The position numbers were made by a program, and so were the translations under genes. A stretch of 64,000 nucleotides of DNA from Bacteroidota bacterium (GTDB taxonomy: Bacteria; Bacteroidota; Bacteroidia; Chitinophagales; Chitinophagaceae), in NCBI GenBank assembly GCA_013288285.1, contig JABDCE010000002.1, forward strand, positions 2,027-66,026. The letters run 5' to 3'. How positions within the stretch are numbered: position 1 is the first letter of the stretch; each line of letters opens with the position of its first letter. The notes under the pieces were generated by a model that was given only the letters and a program-made list of their open reading frames with translations, searched no databases and was not told the origin of the DNA. Positions 1 through 9,708 of the stretch are shown here, in pieces.

Positions 1-2
1 TC

Positions 3-368
3 AGCAGGCTGTTTGGTGAGAATACGAATACTATGATACAGGTAGACCATGCGCGTATACAGGCCATGCGCTACAACATTAATATTGTGCTCAAAGGCCA
101 TCATACGGCTATCATTACCACTGAGGGTGAGTGCTGGTATAATATGACGGGCAATGCGGGCATGGCCACCGGCGGCGCGGGCGATGTGCTCACGGGTATC
201 ATCACGGGTCTGCTGGCCCAGGGCTATAATCCTGAACATGCGGCCATGCTGGGGGTGTACCTGCACGGTGCGGCTGGTGATCTTGCGGCCAAAGAGCTAT
301 CGGAAGAGGCGCTGATAGCAGACGATATCATTAACTACTTAGGTAAGGCTTTCCTGGATATCGGGTAG
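3..368 (+). CDS. nnr: NAD(P)H-hydrate dehydratase (YjeF-C/Nnr carbohydrate-kinase domain), 5'-truncated by the window edge
   Basis: Motifs VLKGHHT, GNAGMATGGAGDVLTG, YLHGAAGDLAA; frame open to the window start. Confidence 0.9.
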   Translation, partial: SRLFGENTNTMIQVDHARIQAMRYNINIVLKGHHTAIITTEGECWYNMTGNAGMATGGAGDVLTGIITGLLAQGYNPEHAAMLGVYLHGAAGDLAAKELSEEALIADDIINYLGKAFLDIG

Positions 369-371
369 CCG

Positions 372-1763
372 TTACTTTGCGGCATCGGTGGTGGTGCGCC
401 AGGTCTTGAGTATAGCGCAATCTTGGTATTCCGGCGCTATCTTCAGGTAGAAAGAAGGTAGTTTTTCTTCCACCCAGTGCTGCATCTTCAGTTGCTTTTT
501 CTGGGCCAACGCTACTTCCTGTATCCTGTTGTAGTCTTCCTTCATATTGGCCTTGTGCGGTGTCGTGCGGCTGCGGAGGTACACAATGCGGCACGAGCGT
601 TCGCGCTGGTCTGTGATAAAGATATGCGGGGCGGAGTACTGCCCTACCTGCAGGCTGTCCAGCAGCAGCACCATGCCTGCGTCCAGCTTGGTCATGTCGA
701 GTGTAGTGTTGCCTGTAGCCGGGTCTGCGATCATACCGCCTGTACGCTTGGCGGCCTCGTCGGTAGAGAACTTGCCTACGGCTTCAGGGAAGGCTATTTT
801 ACCTGCCACTAATGCGTTGCGTATGCTGTCCAGGGTGTTGAGTGCGCGCTGGTAGTCGCCGGATGTAACTTCGGGCTTGATGAGTATATGCCTGATGTCG
901 GCCTCATCGCCTTTACGGGAGATCATCTGTATGATGTGGTAGCCGAATTTGGTTTTGATGATGGGAGATATTTCACCGTTCTGCAGTTTGAATGCGGCCG
1001 CTACAAACTCCGGCGCCCATGGGCCGTTGCGGGTAACGCCATCATAGCGGCCACCATTGTCACGGCTGCCAGGATCGTCGCTGTAAAAGCCTGCTGCAAG
1101 TTCGAAGGTCTTGGTGCCACTTACTATCTCGGCGCGTATGTCCTCCAGCCTTTTGTGGGCATAGTCATACATCTCCTGGCTTACCGGTGGGTCTATTACT
1201 ATCTGTCCTACTTCTACTGTAGCGGGGAAGAATGGAAGGCTGTCAAGGGGTATCTTGTTGTAGAAGGCGGTGACTTCAGAGGGTGATATCTTCACGTTCT
1301 CCAGTATGGTGCCCTGTAGCTTTTCGGCCACCATCTGCTCCCTGATCTGGTCTCTGAATTCTTCCTTGATCTGGTAGATGGTCTTGCCGGTGGTCAACTC
1401 CAGCTTTTCCTTAGAGCCATACATCTGGATGAAGTAGCGCAGACGGTTGTCGAGCTGGCCTTCTACATCTTCGTCAGTTACCATCACACTGTCGCGCTCG
1501 GCCTGCTCCATGAGCATCTTTTGCAGGATCATCTGCTGCAGCATCAGGCATTTGCTATCCTCATTGAACTTAGGGTCCGATTGTTTTGCCTGCAGAGCCT
1601 GTAGTTCCAGTTCAGATTTCAGGATGATGCGGTTACGGCCTACCACTGCTATTATCTTATCTGCACTCTCCTGCGCGAACAACGAGAAGCCAGCCAGTAA
1701 CAAAGTCATTAACATTCCGATCTTGCAAAACCCGGAAACCTTATCTTTTATATGAAAAGCCAT
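372..1763 (-). CDS. surA: SurA-like periplasmic chaperone/peptidyl-prolyl isomerase
   Basis: Signal peptide ending FAQ, ADKIIAVVG SurA-N motif, two parvulin domains (YSDDPGS..GG, KTKFGYHIIQ, RHILIKP). Confidence 0.85.
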   Translation of the reverse strand: MAFHIKDKVSGFCKIGMLMTLLLAGFSLFAQESADKIIAVVGRNRIILKSELELQALQAKQSDPKFNEDSKCLMLQQMILQKMLMEQAERDSVMVTDEDVEGQLDNRLRYFIQMYGSKEKLELTTGKTIYQIKEEFRDQIREQMVAEKLQGTILENVKISPSEVTAFYNKIPLDSLPFFPATVEVGQIVIDPPVSQEMYDYAHKRLEDIRAEIVSGTKTFELAAGFYSDDPGSRDNGGRYDGVTRNGPWAPEFVAAAFKLQNGEISPIIKTKFGYHIIQMISRKGDEADIRHILIKPEVTSGDYQRALNTLDSIRNALVAGKIAFPEAVGKFSTDEAAKRTGGMIADPATGNTTLDMTKLDAGMVLLLDSLQVGQYSAPHIFITDQRERSCRIVYLRSRTTPHKANMKEDYNRIQEVALAQKKQLKMQHWVEEKLPSFYLKIAPEYQDCAILKTWRTTTDAAK

Positions 1764-1852
1764 GAGTATAAAAAAAGCGTAATTAGTAAAGTGTATGCGA
1801 CAAAAATAGCTTATTTACTCCCTTTATCCGAATGCCGGCTACATTTTAACGT

Positions 1853-2941
1853 TTACTGTTTTGGGAGGTTGTAGACGTCTTTGGCTACGGGATGGAGGAG
1901 GTTTGCTGACTGCCACCTGAGGAAGCGGCTGATATCACCCTCGTGGAAGCTATTCCAGGCGTTGTATCCGGCTTCGCTTTCTGCCTTGCCAAACAGCCAT
2001 TGGTTTTCCATATCGAAGTGGCCGGTGCGTATGAGGTTGTCCTGGTAAGTGAATAGTGAGAATGGGTATTTAGCAGCATAGGTAGCGAACCAATCCATGA
2101 GGAAGCGGGTACGTACCATGGTGAGGTTTTCAGTGGTGATGCCATCGCTGATGACGGGGGTGAGATTAGTGTAGACCTTTATTACTGCTTCTTCAAAGCC
2201 AGTAGCATGGGTTTCCTTCTTCGACCGTTTGGCGCCATCAGCCGCGCCTATATTGTCGAAGAGGGTTTTATAGCCAGCGAATAGTTTAACTTTCAGTTCA
2301 TCTGCGTGGGCAGTATCCTGTTGGATCAGCAGGTACGTTTCGCCGTAAAGCAGCCCCCACAGCACCTGTCCCGAGGAGAGGCATTGCATGGCGGCATTAT
2401 AATAATCAGGAGCGTATGCCGGGTCTTTGGCTATACCTGCGGCCCATGCTTTTAGCGCTTCATCGGGGTTATTTTCTGACTGGTATTCGATACCTGTTTC
2501 GCAATAGAGCGGGCCGGATGATGGGAAGCGTGTCAATCCGCTTTGCAGCGCGGCTTTGGCTTGTTTGGTATCGCTTTGCTGTTCCCTGCTGGCGGCCAGT
2601 AAACGGAAACACTCTTCATCTGCTGCGGGCATAGTAGTAGCCTGAGTCAGTACATGGCCGGCTTCGGCGAAGTCACCTGATAAGTATAGTGCAGCGCCTA
2701 GTGTCTCGTATAATATTGTATTGGCAGGCGCCAACTTTATAGCCTGCCGGCAGGTAATGATAGCGTCTTTATAGTCGGCGCGGGCTATATCTTCGGTGGC
2801 ATGATGGTACATCTGCTCCACCTCCGGCGATGGCCAGTTTTCCTGCGCACTCGCAGTGACAGGCAATAACAGTAGTATATACCAGCGGAATGATTTTTTT
2901 AGAAATTTAAGCACCGCCACGAAATTAGCATTTAAAAACAT
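1853..2941 (-). CDS. Exported TPR-repeat protein (true start probably a few codons downstream)
   Basis: Signal-like LLLLPVTASAQ followed by TPR-like helices (AIKLAP, GLTRFP, GIAKDP). Confidence 0.7.
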   Translation of the reverse strand: MFLNANFVAVLKFLKKSFRWYILLLLPVTASAQENWPSPEVEQMYHHATEDIARADYKDAIITCRQAIKLAPANTILYETLGAALYLSGDFAEAGHVLTQATTMPAADEECFRLLAASREQQSDTKQAKAALQSGLTRFPSSGPLYCETGIEYQSENNPDEALKAWAAGIAKDPAYAPDYYNAAMQCLSSGQVLWGLLYGETYLLIQQDTAHADELKVKLFAGYKTLFDNIGAADGAKRSKKETHATGFEEAVIKVYTNLTPVISDGITTENLTMVRTRFLMDWFATYAAKYPFSLFTYQDNLIRTGHFDMENQWLFGKAESEAGYNAWNSFHEGDISRFLRWQSANLLHPVAKDVYNLPKQ

Positions 2942-2971
2942 TTTCTTTAATTTACGCTACGAATAAAGCTC

Positions 2972-3952
2972 ATGAACGACATCAGTAATATAGGTATACT
3001 TACATCGGGCGGGGACAGCCCCGGCATGAATGCCGCCATCAGAGCTGTGGTGCGTACCGGCATTTACCATGGTATAGACATATATGGTGTGCGGCATGGG
3101 TACCAGGGTATGATAGACGGCGATATTTTTAAAATGCAAACCACTGATGTATCTAATATCATACAACGCGGCGGCACTATTCTGAAAACCGCCAGGAGCA
3201 AGGAGTTTATGACTGCTGAGGGTATGGAGAAAGCCTATAAGGAACTTCAGAAGCATAACATAACCGCACTGGTGCTTATAGGTGGCGATGGCACATTCAG
3301 AGGGGCGGTGGACTTCTTTGAGCGGTATACTATACCTGCGGTGGGTATACCCGGTACTATAGATAAAGACCTGTCTGGCACGGATTTCACCATTGGGTTT
3401 GATACAGCGGTGAATACTGCCATGGAGGCAATAGATAAGATACGCGATACTGCTGAGGCCCACGACCGCCTGTTCATTGTAGAAGTAATGGGTCGCGATG
3501 CGGGTTACATAGCATTAAATAGTGGCATATCGTGCGGGGCTGAGGATATACTGATACCTGAGCAGGTGACTAACATGGACAATGTGCTGGACAAGATCGC
3601 CAGCGATGAGCGGCGAAAAAAAACGGTACATATAATAGTAGTAGCCGAAGGTGAAGGACTGAGCGGCGGGCGAGACATAGGTGAAAGCATCCGCAACCGC
3701 TTCCCGCTGCTGGACGTGCGGACTTGTGTGCTGGGCCATATTCAACGTGGTGGCTCCCCCAGCTATGCAGACAGGGTGCTGGCAAGCAGACTGGGGTATG
3801 CGGCGGTAAATGCGCTACGAAGCGGGGTTACACAGGTAATGGCGGGAATAGTCAATGATAAAGTTGTATTTACGCCATTCAGCAATGTGATCAAAGGCGT
3901 ATCCCCCATGGAGCCTGATATGCTGGATATGATACGTGTGTTATCGACGTGA
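2972..3952 (+). CDS. pfkA: ATP-dependent 6-phosphofructokinase
   Basis: TSGGDSPGMNAAIRAVV, IGGDGTF, PGTIDKD, EVMGR, LGHIQRGG. Confidence 0.97.
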   Translation: MNDISNIGILTSGGDSPGMNAAIRAVVRTGIYHGIDIYGVRHGYQGMIDGDIFKMQTTDVSNIIQRGGTILKTARSKEFMTAEGMEKAYKELQKHNITALVLIGGDGTFRGAVDFFERYTIPAVGIPGTIDKDLSGTDFTIGFDTAVNTAMEAIDKIRDTAEAHDRLFIVEVMGRDAGYIALNSGISCGAEDILIPEQVTNMDNVLDKIASDERRKKTVHIIVVAEGEGLSGGRDIGESIRNRFPLLDVRTCVLGHIQRGGSPSYADRVLASRLGYAAVNALRSGVTQVMAGIVNDKVVFTPFSNVIKGVSPMEPDMLDMIRVLST

Positions 3953-4441
3953 TGTAGAAAATCTTCGCAATTGATTTGTTATTGCCTCACAATCGTTATG
4001 TTAATACTGAGGTTCATTCCTGAAATTCTATATTCCGGTGTTTTAAAGTATTTGGACGGAAAAAATAAACATTCTTCTGGATTTGTATATAAGCTGTAAA
4101 CAGCCTGAAAAGACACGGTTCCGACATTCGATTTATCAAAAAATAATTATGATTTTTATTTTAAATTCCTGAATAATTTTTTGCTTTTTCGAGAAGTTAA
4201 TTATCTTTACGCAAATTAGTTAATGTTAAACTAATGTCATTCAAGTAATTTAATACTATATAGGTGTATTCCTATAACCCCTGTTGGAAGTACCGGTGCA
4301 GAATGGACGAGTAAAAACTATCAGTAGCGCTATGCTATTGCTATGCTTTTGTGTATTTATTGCTAAGTAATTAAGAATTGTTAGTAATTATAGTTTGATT
4401 TTACGTTTTAAACAGTATTTTTGAATTTAAAAAAGTTAGAC

Positions 4442-6265
4442 ATGCCCATTAATAAAACCTTGATAACGTACTTTTTGCTTTTTACCTTCATTTTATCATC
4501 AGTTTTATGCAATGCTCAAAACAACGCAAAATCCCGCAACCGTCCGGCTACGCCGCGGGTAGTGCTTCCTTATAACCACCCAACGCTGGAGGCTCCTCCA
4601 GGTATGGTATATATCCAGGGTGGGTCTACCAGAATCAATTATGACCAGTCATCAACAGACACGAACAGCACGCGCAAAGTAAGCCTTACTTCTTTTTTCA
4701 TTGACAAGACCGAAATAACCAACGAACAATACCGGCAGTTCATCAACTGGGTAATAGATTCTATTGCCGTAGTAAGATATCTGAAAGACGACAAGTATTT
4801 CCTTGAAGACAAGAATACAGATAAGGGCTCGGGAAGCAATAATTCTACCAGCAACAATAGCAATAACAATAGCACGGCATCCATTCCTACCCTTGATACT
4901 GCGGCCAAAACCAGCGATACAATAAAGGTAGTAGGCGGCGGAGCACCAACCGGCAGTGATGACGTGGTAAAAAAGCGTATAGACTGGTCGAAGGTGAACC
5001 ACAACAAGATATTTAATACCCGCGATGCGGACGCTATGGCGAAAATAGCGCCTATGCTGGACGAGAATGGCAACATAAAGAAGGACCTGTACGTATTCAA
5101 CTATACTTACATCAAGCCAAACAATGTAGGAAAGAATGCAAAGAAAGCTGTGTACAAAACAGTTCCGGTTAGCATCTACCCTAGCGAAAACGTGTGGGCA
5201 CAGGACCTGACCAACTCACAGACAGATATGTATGTAGAGAACTACTTCAAGGCTCCCCCATTTGACGATTATCCTGTGGTAGGTGTAGATTGGGTTCAGG
5301 CAAATGCTTATGCTTACTGGCGCAGCCTGGCAGAGATGAGTTATACAAATCTGCCTACTTATATGAAGTACTACAAGCTTACTTATACCCTGCCATCAGA
5401 AGCACAGTGGGTATATGCTGCTGAAGGCTATTATGACATGATCGCTGCGGCTGACTCTACCGTTGATACACTTGGCTCACTTGTTACCTCAGACAGCACA
5501 ATGACACCACATGATAGTGCAACAATGGCGCAAATAGTGGTACCGGCGAGGCACAGACCAGTTGTGGACAGCGCTAAGGAAGCTGCAAAAGCTGACCGTA
5601 TAGAAGAGCGTAAGGCTGCAAAAATGGGTAACTACTACCTGGCTGACTACATGAAAGTAAGGTTCAGAAAATATGGCGGCAAGTATAGCGGTGGTCTAAA
5701 TGGCCTTGGAGATACCGGTGGCCCTTATTCAGACAGCACCGTTATTCATAAAGATATAAATGGTATGCTTGAAAACTTCAAGCAGGACGAAGGTGACTAC
5801 TGGGAAGATGGCGCAGCACTTACCACTCCTGTAATGGCTTTTGCACCTAACGAATTTGGGTTGTATAATATGGAAGGTAACGTGGCAGAATGGACAATGG
5901 ATGCTTACAGCCCATCGACATATGCTTTCGTATCTGACCTTAACCCTGTGCTGCTCTATGACGCTGACTCAACCGATGCCGATGCGATGAAACGTAAAGT
6001 AGTGCGTGGCGGTTCGTTCCTCTGCAATGCCTTGTTGAACTGGTCAAAGCCACTTGCAACAGCACCCATATTATCACGGAATTTCTTAACGTCTGTAGTA
6101 GTCGCTTCCATTTCCTTGATCAGCTTGTCCGTAGTACCGAAAGAGCCTGCAACCTGGTTCACAGATTCAACTGTTTTGTTGAACTGCTGGAAACCAGCGC
6201 TCAAACGCTCAATCACCTTTGGAGTGATAGCTGTAGAAAGAAGTTCGTGTAAACCTGAACCATGA
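4442..6265 (+). pseudogene. gldK: GldK/PorK-like T9SS ring protein (FGE-sulfatase fold); genuine sequence ends near 6030 and the rest is read-through into antisense gldL
   Basis: PPGMVYIQGG, TEITNEQYRQFINWVIDS, FDDYPVVGVDWVQANAY, LPSEAQW, PNEFGLYNMEGNVAEW, KVVRGGS; the expected terminal GFRC motif is absent; sits upstream of gldL/M/N sequences. Confidence 0.85.
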
Positions 6266-6451
6266 TCTCCACCACCATCTTTATGTTCTTCCACTACAGT
6301 CATTGACGCCAGACCAAGTATAAAGAACAGGAATGATTCTGTCATAAGCCCTACCGCGATGAACAACTCACCACCTGGCCAGTGCAGGATTTTAAACATC
6401 AAACCAATGATAACCACACTTGCTCCCCAGGAGATGACAGTGTTAAGACCT
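6022..6451 (-). pseudogene. gldL: Inverted internal fragment of gldL/porL (no start codon, no C-terminal half)
   Basis: Minus strand reads GLNTVISWGASVVIIGLMFKILHWPGGELFIAVGLMTESFLFFILG, the GldL N-terminal two-TM motif with its conserved Glu, then coiled-coil; in-frame TGA just upstream; opposite orientation to gldK/M/N. Confidence 0.9.
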
Positions 6452-7685
6452 GTTCATAAAAGAAGGTGGTGGTATAGATGAAGCGAGCGGAGACGTAAAA
6501 GCACGCGCAGATATTGCTATTTCACCACGGCTTATGATCAATCAGCATCGTGCGTCTGATCTCAGAAAGAAAATAGAAGATACCCGTAACAAAATACTCT
6601 CTGCTCTTGATGTACAGGAACGTGACGGGCTGAAACTGGCATTGAATGCCCAGGACCCACCAAAGAGGGCAGGTATCAAGACCACTTGGGAAGAAGATAA
6701 CTTTGGTGATGGTATACCGTTGACGGCAGCTATTACCGCTTTAACAAAAATACAGGCTGACCTTAAAAACACAGAGTCTGATGTGGTGAAAAAAATACTT
6801 GGAGAAGTGGACCAGGCGGTTATCAACCTTGACCGTTTTGAAGCAGTAGCAGTGGCCCCATCTTCTTACATACTGGTGGGACAACCTTATAAGGCAGATG
6901 TATTCCTTACGGCTTCAAGCTCTACCTCTAACCCCGAAATAACCATAGGCGGACAAAAGCTGAATGTTGTGGACGGTAAGGGCTTGTATACTGCGGTTGC
7001 GACTGCAGAAGGCGAGAAAAAATGGTCTGCAACGATACGTATCAAGAAGACAGACGGTAGCGTAAAAGAATACCAGTTGCCAGAACAGACATATACTGTA
7101 GCTAAACCATCAGCAACCGTTTCTCCTACAAAGATGAATGTGTTTTACATTGGATTGCCTAACCCTGTGACTGTAGCAGCTCCAGGTATTGCTAAAGAAA
7201 AGATACACGTAAGCATCAGTTCAGGCGAGATCACCGGAAATGGCGGCAACTATATTGTGAATGTAAAGCAACCAGGAAAAGTAAACGTGACTGTTGCAGG
7301 TGAAATAGAAAAAGGCAAAACAGTATCGTTGAGCACTACCGAATTCCGTGTAAAACGTATACCGCCTCCGAGAGTAAAATTCGGCAACAAGAGCGGTGGT
7401 ACTTTGACTGTAGGCGCAATGAAGGCACAGAACAGGATATTTGCCATTCTTGAAGACTTTGACTTCGACGCACCATTTACCATTTCGCACTTTACGATGT
7501 TCATTAACAAGCCACGCCAGGACATACAGGTATTTGAATCAAATTCGAATGCTTTTACTCCTGCAATGACGGCAGCAATGAACGGCGTAATACCAGGCTC
7601 AAGGGTTACATTTGACTATGTTAACGCAACAGGCCCAGACGGAATGAAAAGACAATTGGACCCAATTACGTTTGTAGTACAGTAA
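6447..7685 (+). pseudogene. gldM: GldM/PorM lacking its N-terminal transmembrane anchor
   Basis: Frame opens after TAA at 6444 with DLFIKEGGGIDEASGDVK..ISPRLMINQ; GIPLTAAITALTKIQAD, YKADVFLTA, VSPTKMNVFYIGLPNPV, EFRVKRIPPP; no N-terminal RQKMINxMYLV/TM segment. Confidence 0.9.
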
Positions 7686-7705
7686 GAGAATAAAAGACAG
7701 TTTAT

Positions 7706-8752
7706 ATGCGTATGAAAAAAAATATTGTATTTGCCTTATTGATGCTTATGTCCTTAGGAATAAGTACTGCATTGGTGGCGCAAAGCAGCGGCAAGAAGAA
7801 GAAGAAAAAGCACAAGACTACAGCAGCGACTACTGATAGTGTTGTGGCCGTACCCCCACCTGCCGACACTACTGCGAAGCTTAACGCAAATACATCCGGC
7901 GGTTTCCCTACTCCACCCGATGGCGTAATGGATACGTCGCACTCTGATGGATTGGTTGCCGATACTACGGCCATGGATTATCTTAATTTCCCGCTGGACA
8001 GTACCCGTCCCGTAGACGGACTGTATAAGATCCCTGTACTGAGAGGTGCAAAAGCGTTCGCATTCCCTATTCCTAATAAGAACAACATCAAGTTCTACAA
8101 ACGTATCTGGAGAGTAATAGACCTTACGGATTCTGTAAACAGGATATTTGCTACGCCGGGAGAAACCATGATGTCTATCATAATGGATGCTATCAAGGCC
8201 CAGAAGATCATTGCTTACAAAGACGAAGGATTCAGAGCAAGACTGAGCTATGCAAGCGTAATGAAGGCATTCTCTGATAGTAGTATAGTACCTGTGATAG
8301 ACTCACTGACAGGTGAACAAACCGGTACCCGCGCTGTATTCAATCCGTTCAACCCGGACTCAATAACGAAATTTGAGATCAAGGAAGATATCTTCTTTGA
8401 TAAGATCAGGGGCAGAGTTGTGACACAGATAGTAGGGCTGGCACCTATCAGGAAAGTAAAATCGAGCGATGGGGTATTATTGGGCGAGCAGCATCCGTTC
8501 TACCTTTATTTCCCGCAGTGCCGTAACCTGTTTGCAGGGAAGGAATTGTATGATACCCAAAGGGATATCTACAATATCAGCTACGACGACATCTTTGCAT
8601 CAAGGAATTTCAACACAACGATCGTTAAAGAATCGAACCCGGCTGACCTGAGGATAAAAGATAAATACCCGGACGAAGAAAACCAGAAAAAAGAAGCTGA
8701 CCGTATAGAACAAGGAATCAGGGACTATAAGAAAAATTTGTGGAAATATTAA
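7706..8752 (+). CDS. gldN: GldN/PorN T9SS/gliding protein
   Basis: Signal peptide ..LVAQ; KRIWRVIDL, FEIKEDIFFDK, IVGLAP, SYDDIF..RNF..IVKESNP, C-terminal LWKY. Confidence 0.92.
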   Translation: MRMKKNIVFALLMLMSLGISTALVAQSSGKKKKKKHKTTAATTDSVVAVPPPADTTAKLNANTSGGFPTPPDGVMDTSHSDGLVADTTAMDYLNFPLDSTRPVDGLYKIPVLRGAKAFAFPIPNKNNIKFYKRIWRVIDLTDSVNRIFATPGETMMSIIMDAIKAQKIIAYKDEGFRARLSYASVMKAFSDSSIVPVIDSLTGEQTGTRAVFNPFNPDSITKFEIKEDIFFDKIRGRVVTQIVGLAPIRKVKSSDGVLLGEQHPFYLYFPQCRNLFAGKELYDTQRDIYNISYDDIFASRNFNTTIVKESNPADLRIKDKYPDEENQKKEADRIEQGIRDYKKNLWKY

Positions 8753-8775
8753 TTATTAAATAAATTGCGCTCAAT

Positions 8776-9510
8776 ATGAAAAGTAAGCTTAACATTCTTT
8801 TATCGATTTGCCTCGCTTTTGCCGGATTGCAGTCGTTTGCACAGGTAAGGCTGGATCCATTTTACCCATACAGCAAGTACACGTTTGGTATTGCTATGGG
8901 CTACAGTAAACTTTATGGAGACTGGGCAAACTCAAACTCCGAGCCTGTATACAAGATCAATGTTGCCCGTAACGTTAACGAATGGGTGAACTACGGCATA
9001 GAAGTGCAGCGCGGCGCGTTGAACGACTATGAGTCGAAAAACACATGGACAAACGGACTGAGTGTATATAACCAGTTCTACTCTGCAGCCCTGACCGGTA
9101 ATGTGTCATTGGGTGAGTTATTTAACTGGCCTCCCAACTTTATTGCCAAGACGTTTTATGGCATCTATGTTGGTGCAGGTATAGGTTATATGCACAACGA
9201 CATCACCAATATAACTCTGAAGTTCAAGAACAGCGATAAGAACCTGATCAATGATTACGATCCGGGAAATATCAATGCCGGCACCAACAACTTCTATATT
9301 CCTTTTAACCTGGGTATCAACCTGCACCTGACAAGGGCGGTGGTCATCAATGTTAACTACCAGTTCAACTATGCACTGTCTGACTATGTTGACGGTTATG
9401 ACTTTAAAGCACCTACTGCTACCAACCAGTATAATGACATGTACTCTGTGTTGAGCTTTGGCCTTCATTTCTACATAGGGCCAACCAGCATGACACCAAA
9501 CAGGCAGTAA
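8776..9510 (+). CDS. Outer-membrane beta-barrel protein (small 8-strand/DUF6089-like)
   Basis: Signal SFAQ; amphipathic strands (IYVGAGIGY, YIPFNLGINLHL, SDYVDGY, YSVLSFGLHFYIG); 23 bp after gldN. Confidence 0.7.
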   Translation: MKSKLNILLSICLAFAGLQSFAQVRLDPFYPYSKYTFGIAMGYSKLYGDWANSNSEPVYKINVARNVNEWVNYGIEVQRGALNDYESKNTWTNGLSVYNQFYSAALTGNVSLGELFNWPPNFIAKTFYGIYVGAGIGYMHNDITNITLKFKNSDKNLINDYDPGNINAGTNNFYIPFNLGINLHLTRAVVINVNYQFNYALSDYVDGYDFKAPTATNQYNDMYSVLSFGLHFYIGPTSMTPNRQ

Positions 9511-9529
9511 TCACAATCATAATATCTAT

Positions 9530-9562
9530 ACAAAGCCCCGGATTCCGGGGCTTTGTTCTTTT
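9530..9562 (+). terminator. Intrinsic terminator ending the gld operon
   Basis: Inverted repeat acaaagccccgga-t-tccggggctttgt followed by tctttt. Confidence 0.8.
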
Positions 9563-9708
9563 ACATACCTCTCACTACCCTACCTTATTCCCACGGTGTT
9601 AGAAAATAAAATTGCAAATGCTGTGTACCTTTTCTACTTTGTAGCGTTATTGAATCGTTATCGGGATACTCGGTCAAAGCAGCTATCCTGTATAAAAAGG
9701 TACGTTTA

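Noticed and set aside
3979-4231. dif-like sites (ttatgttaata near 3996; taatgttaaac near 4221)
   Set aside because: Only the XerD-like arm resembles the consensus; no acceptable XerC arm, and the region is AT-rich.
6032-6265. Novel C-terminal domain on GldK
   Set aside because: It is the antisense translation of the inverted gldL fragment.
6015-6460. Invertase-driven phase variation of gldL
   Set aside because: No inverted repeats at the two ends, no recombinase in the window, and re-inversion would not restore the missing parts of gldK, gldL and gldM.
6534-7685. Naturally short soluble GldM starting at ATG 6534
   Set aside because: GldM-like sequence continues upstream of this ATG to the breakpoint at 6447, and there is no export signal.
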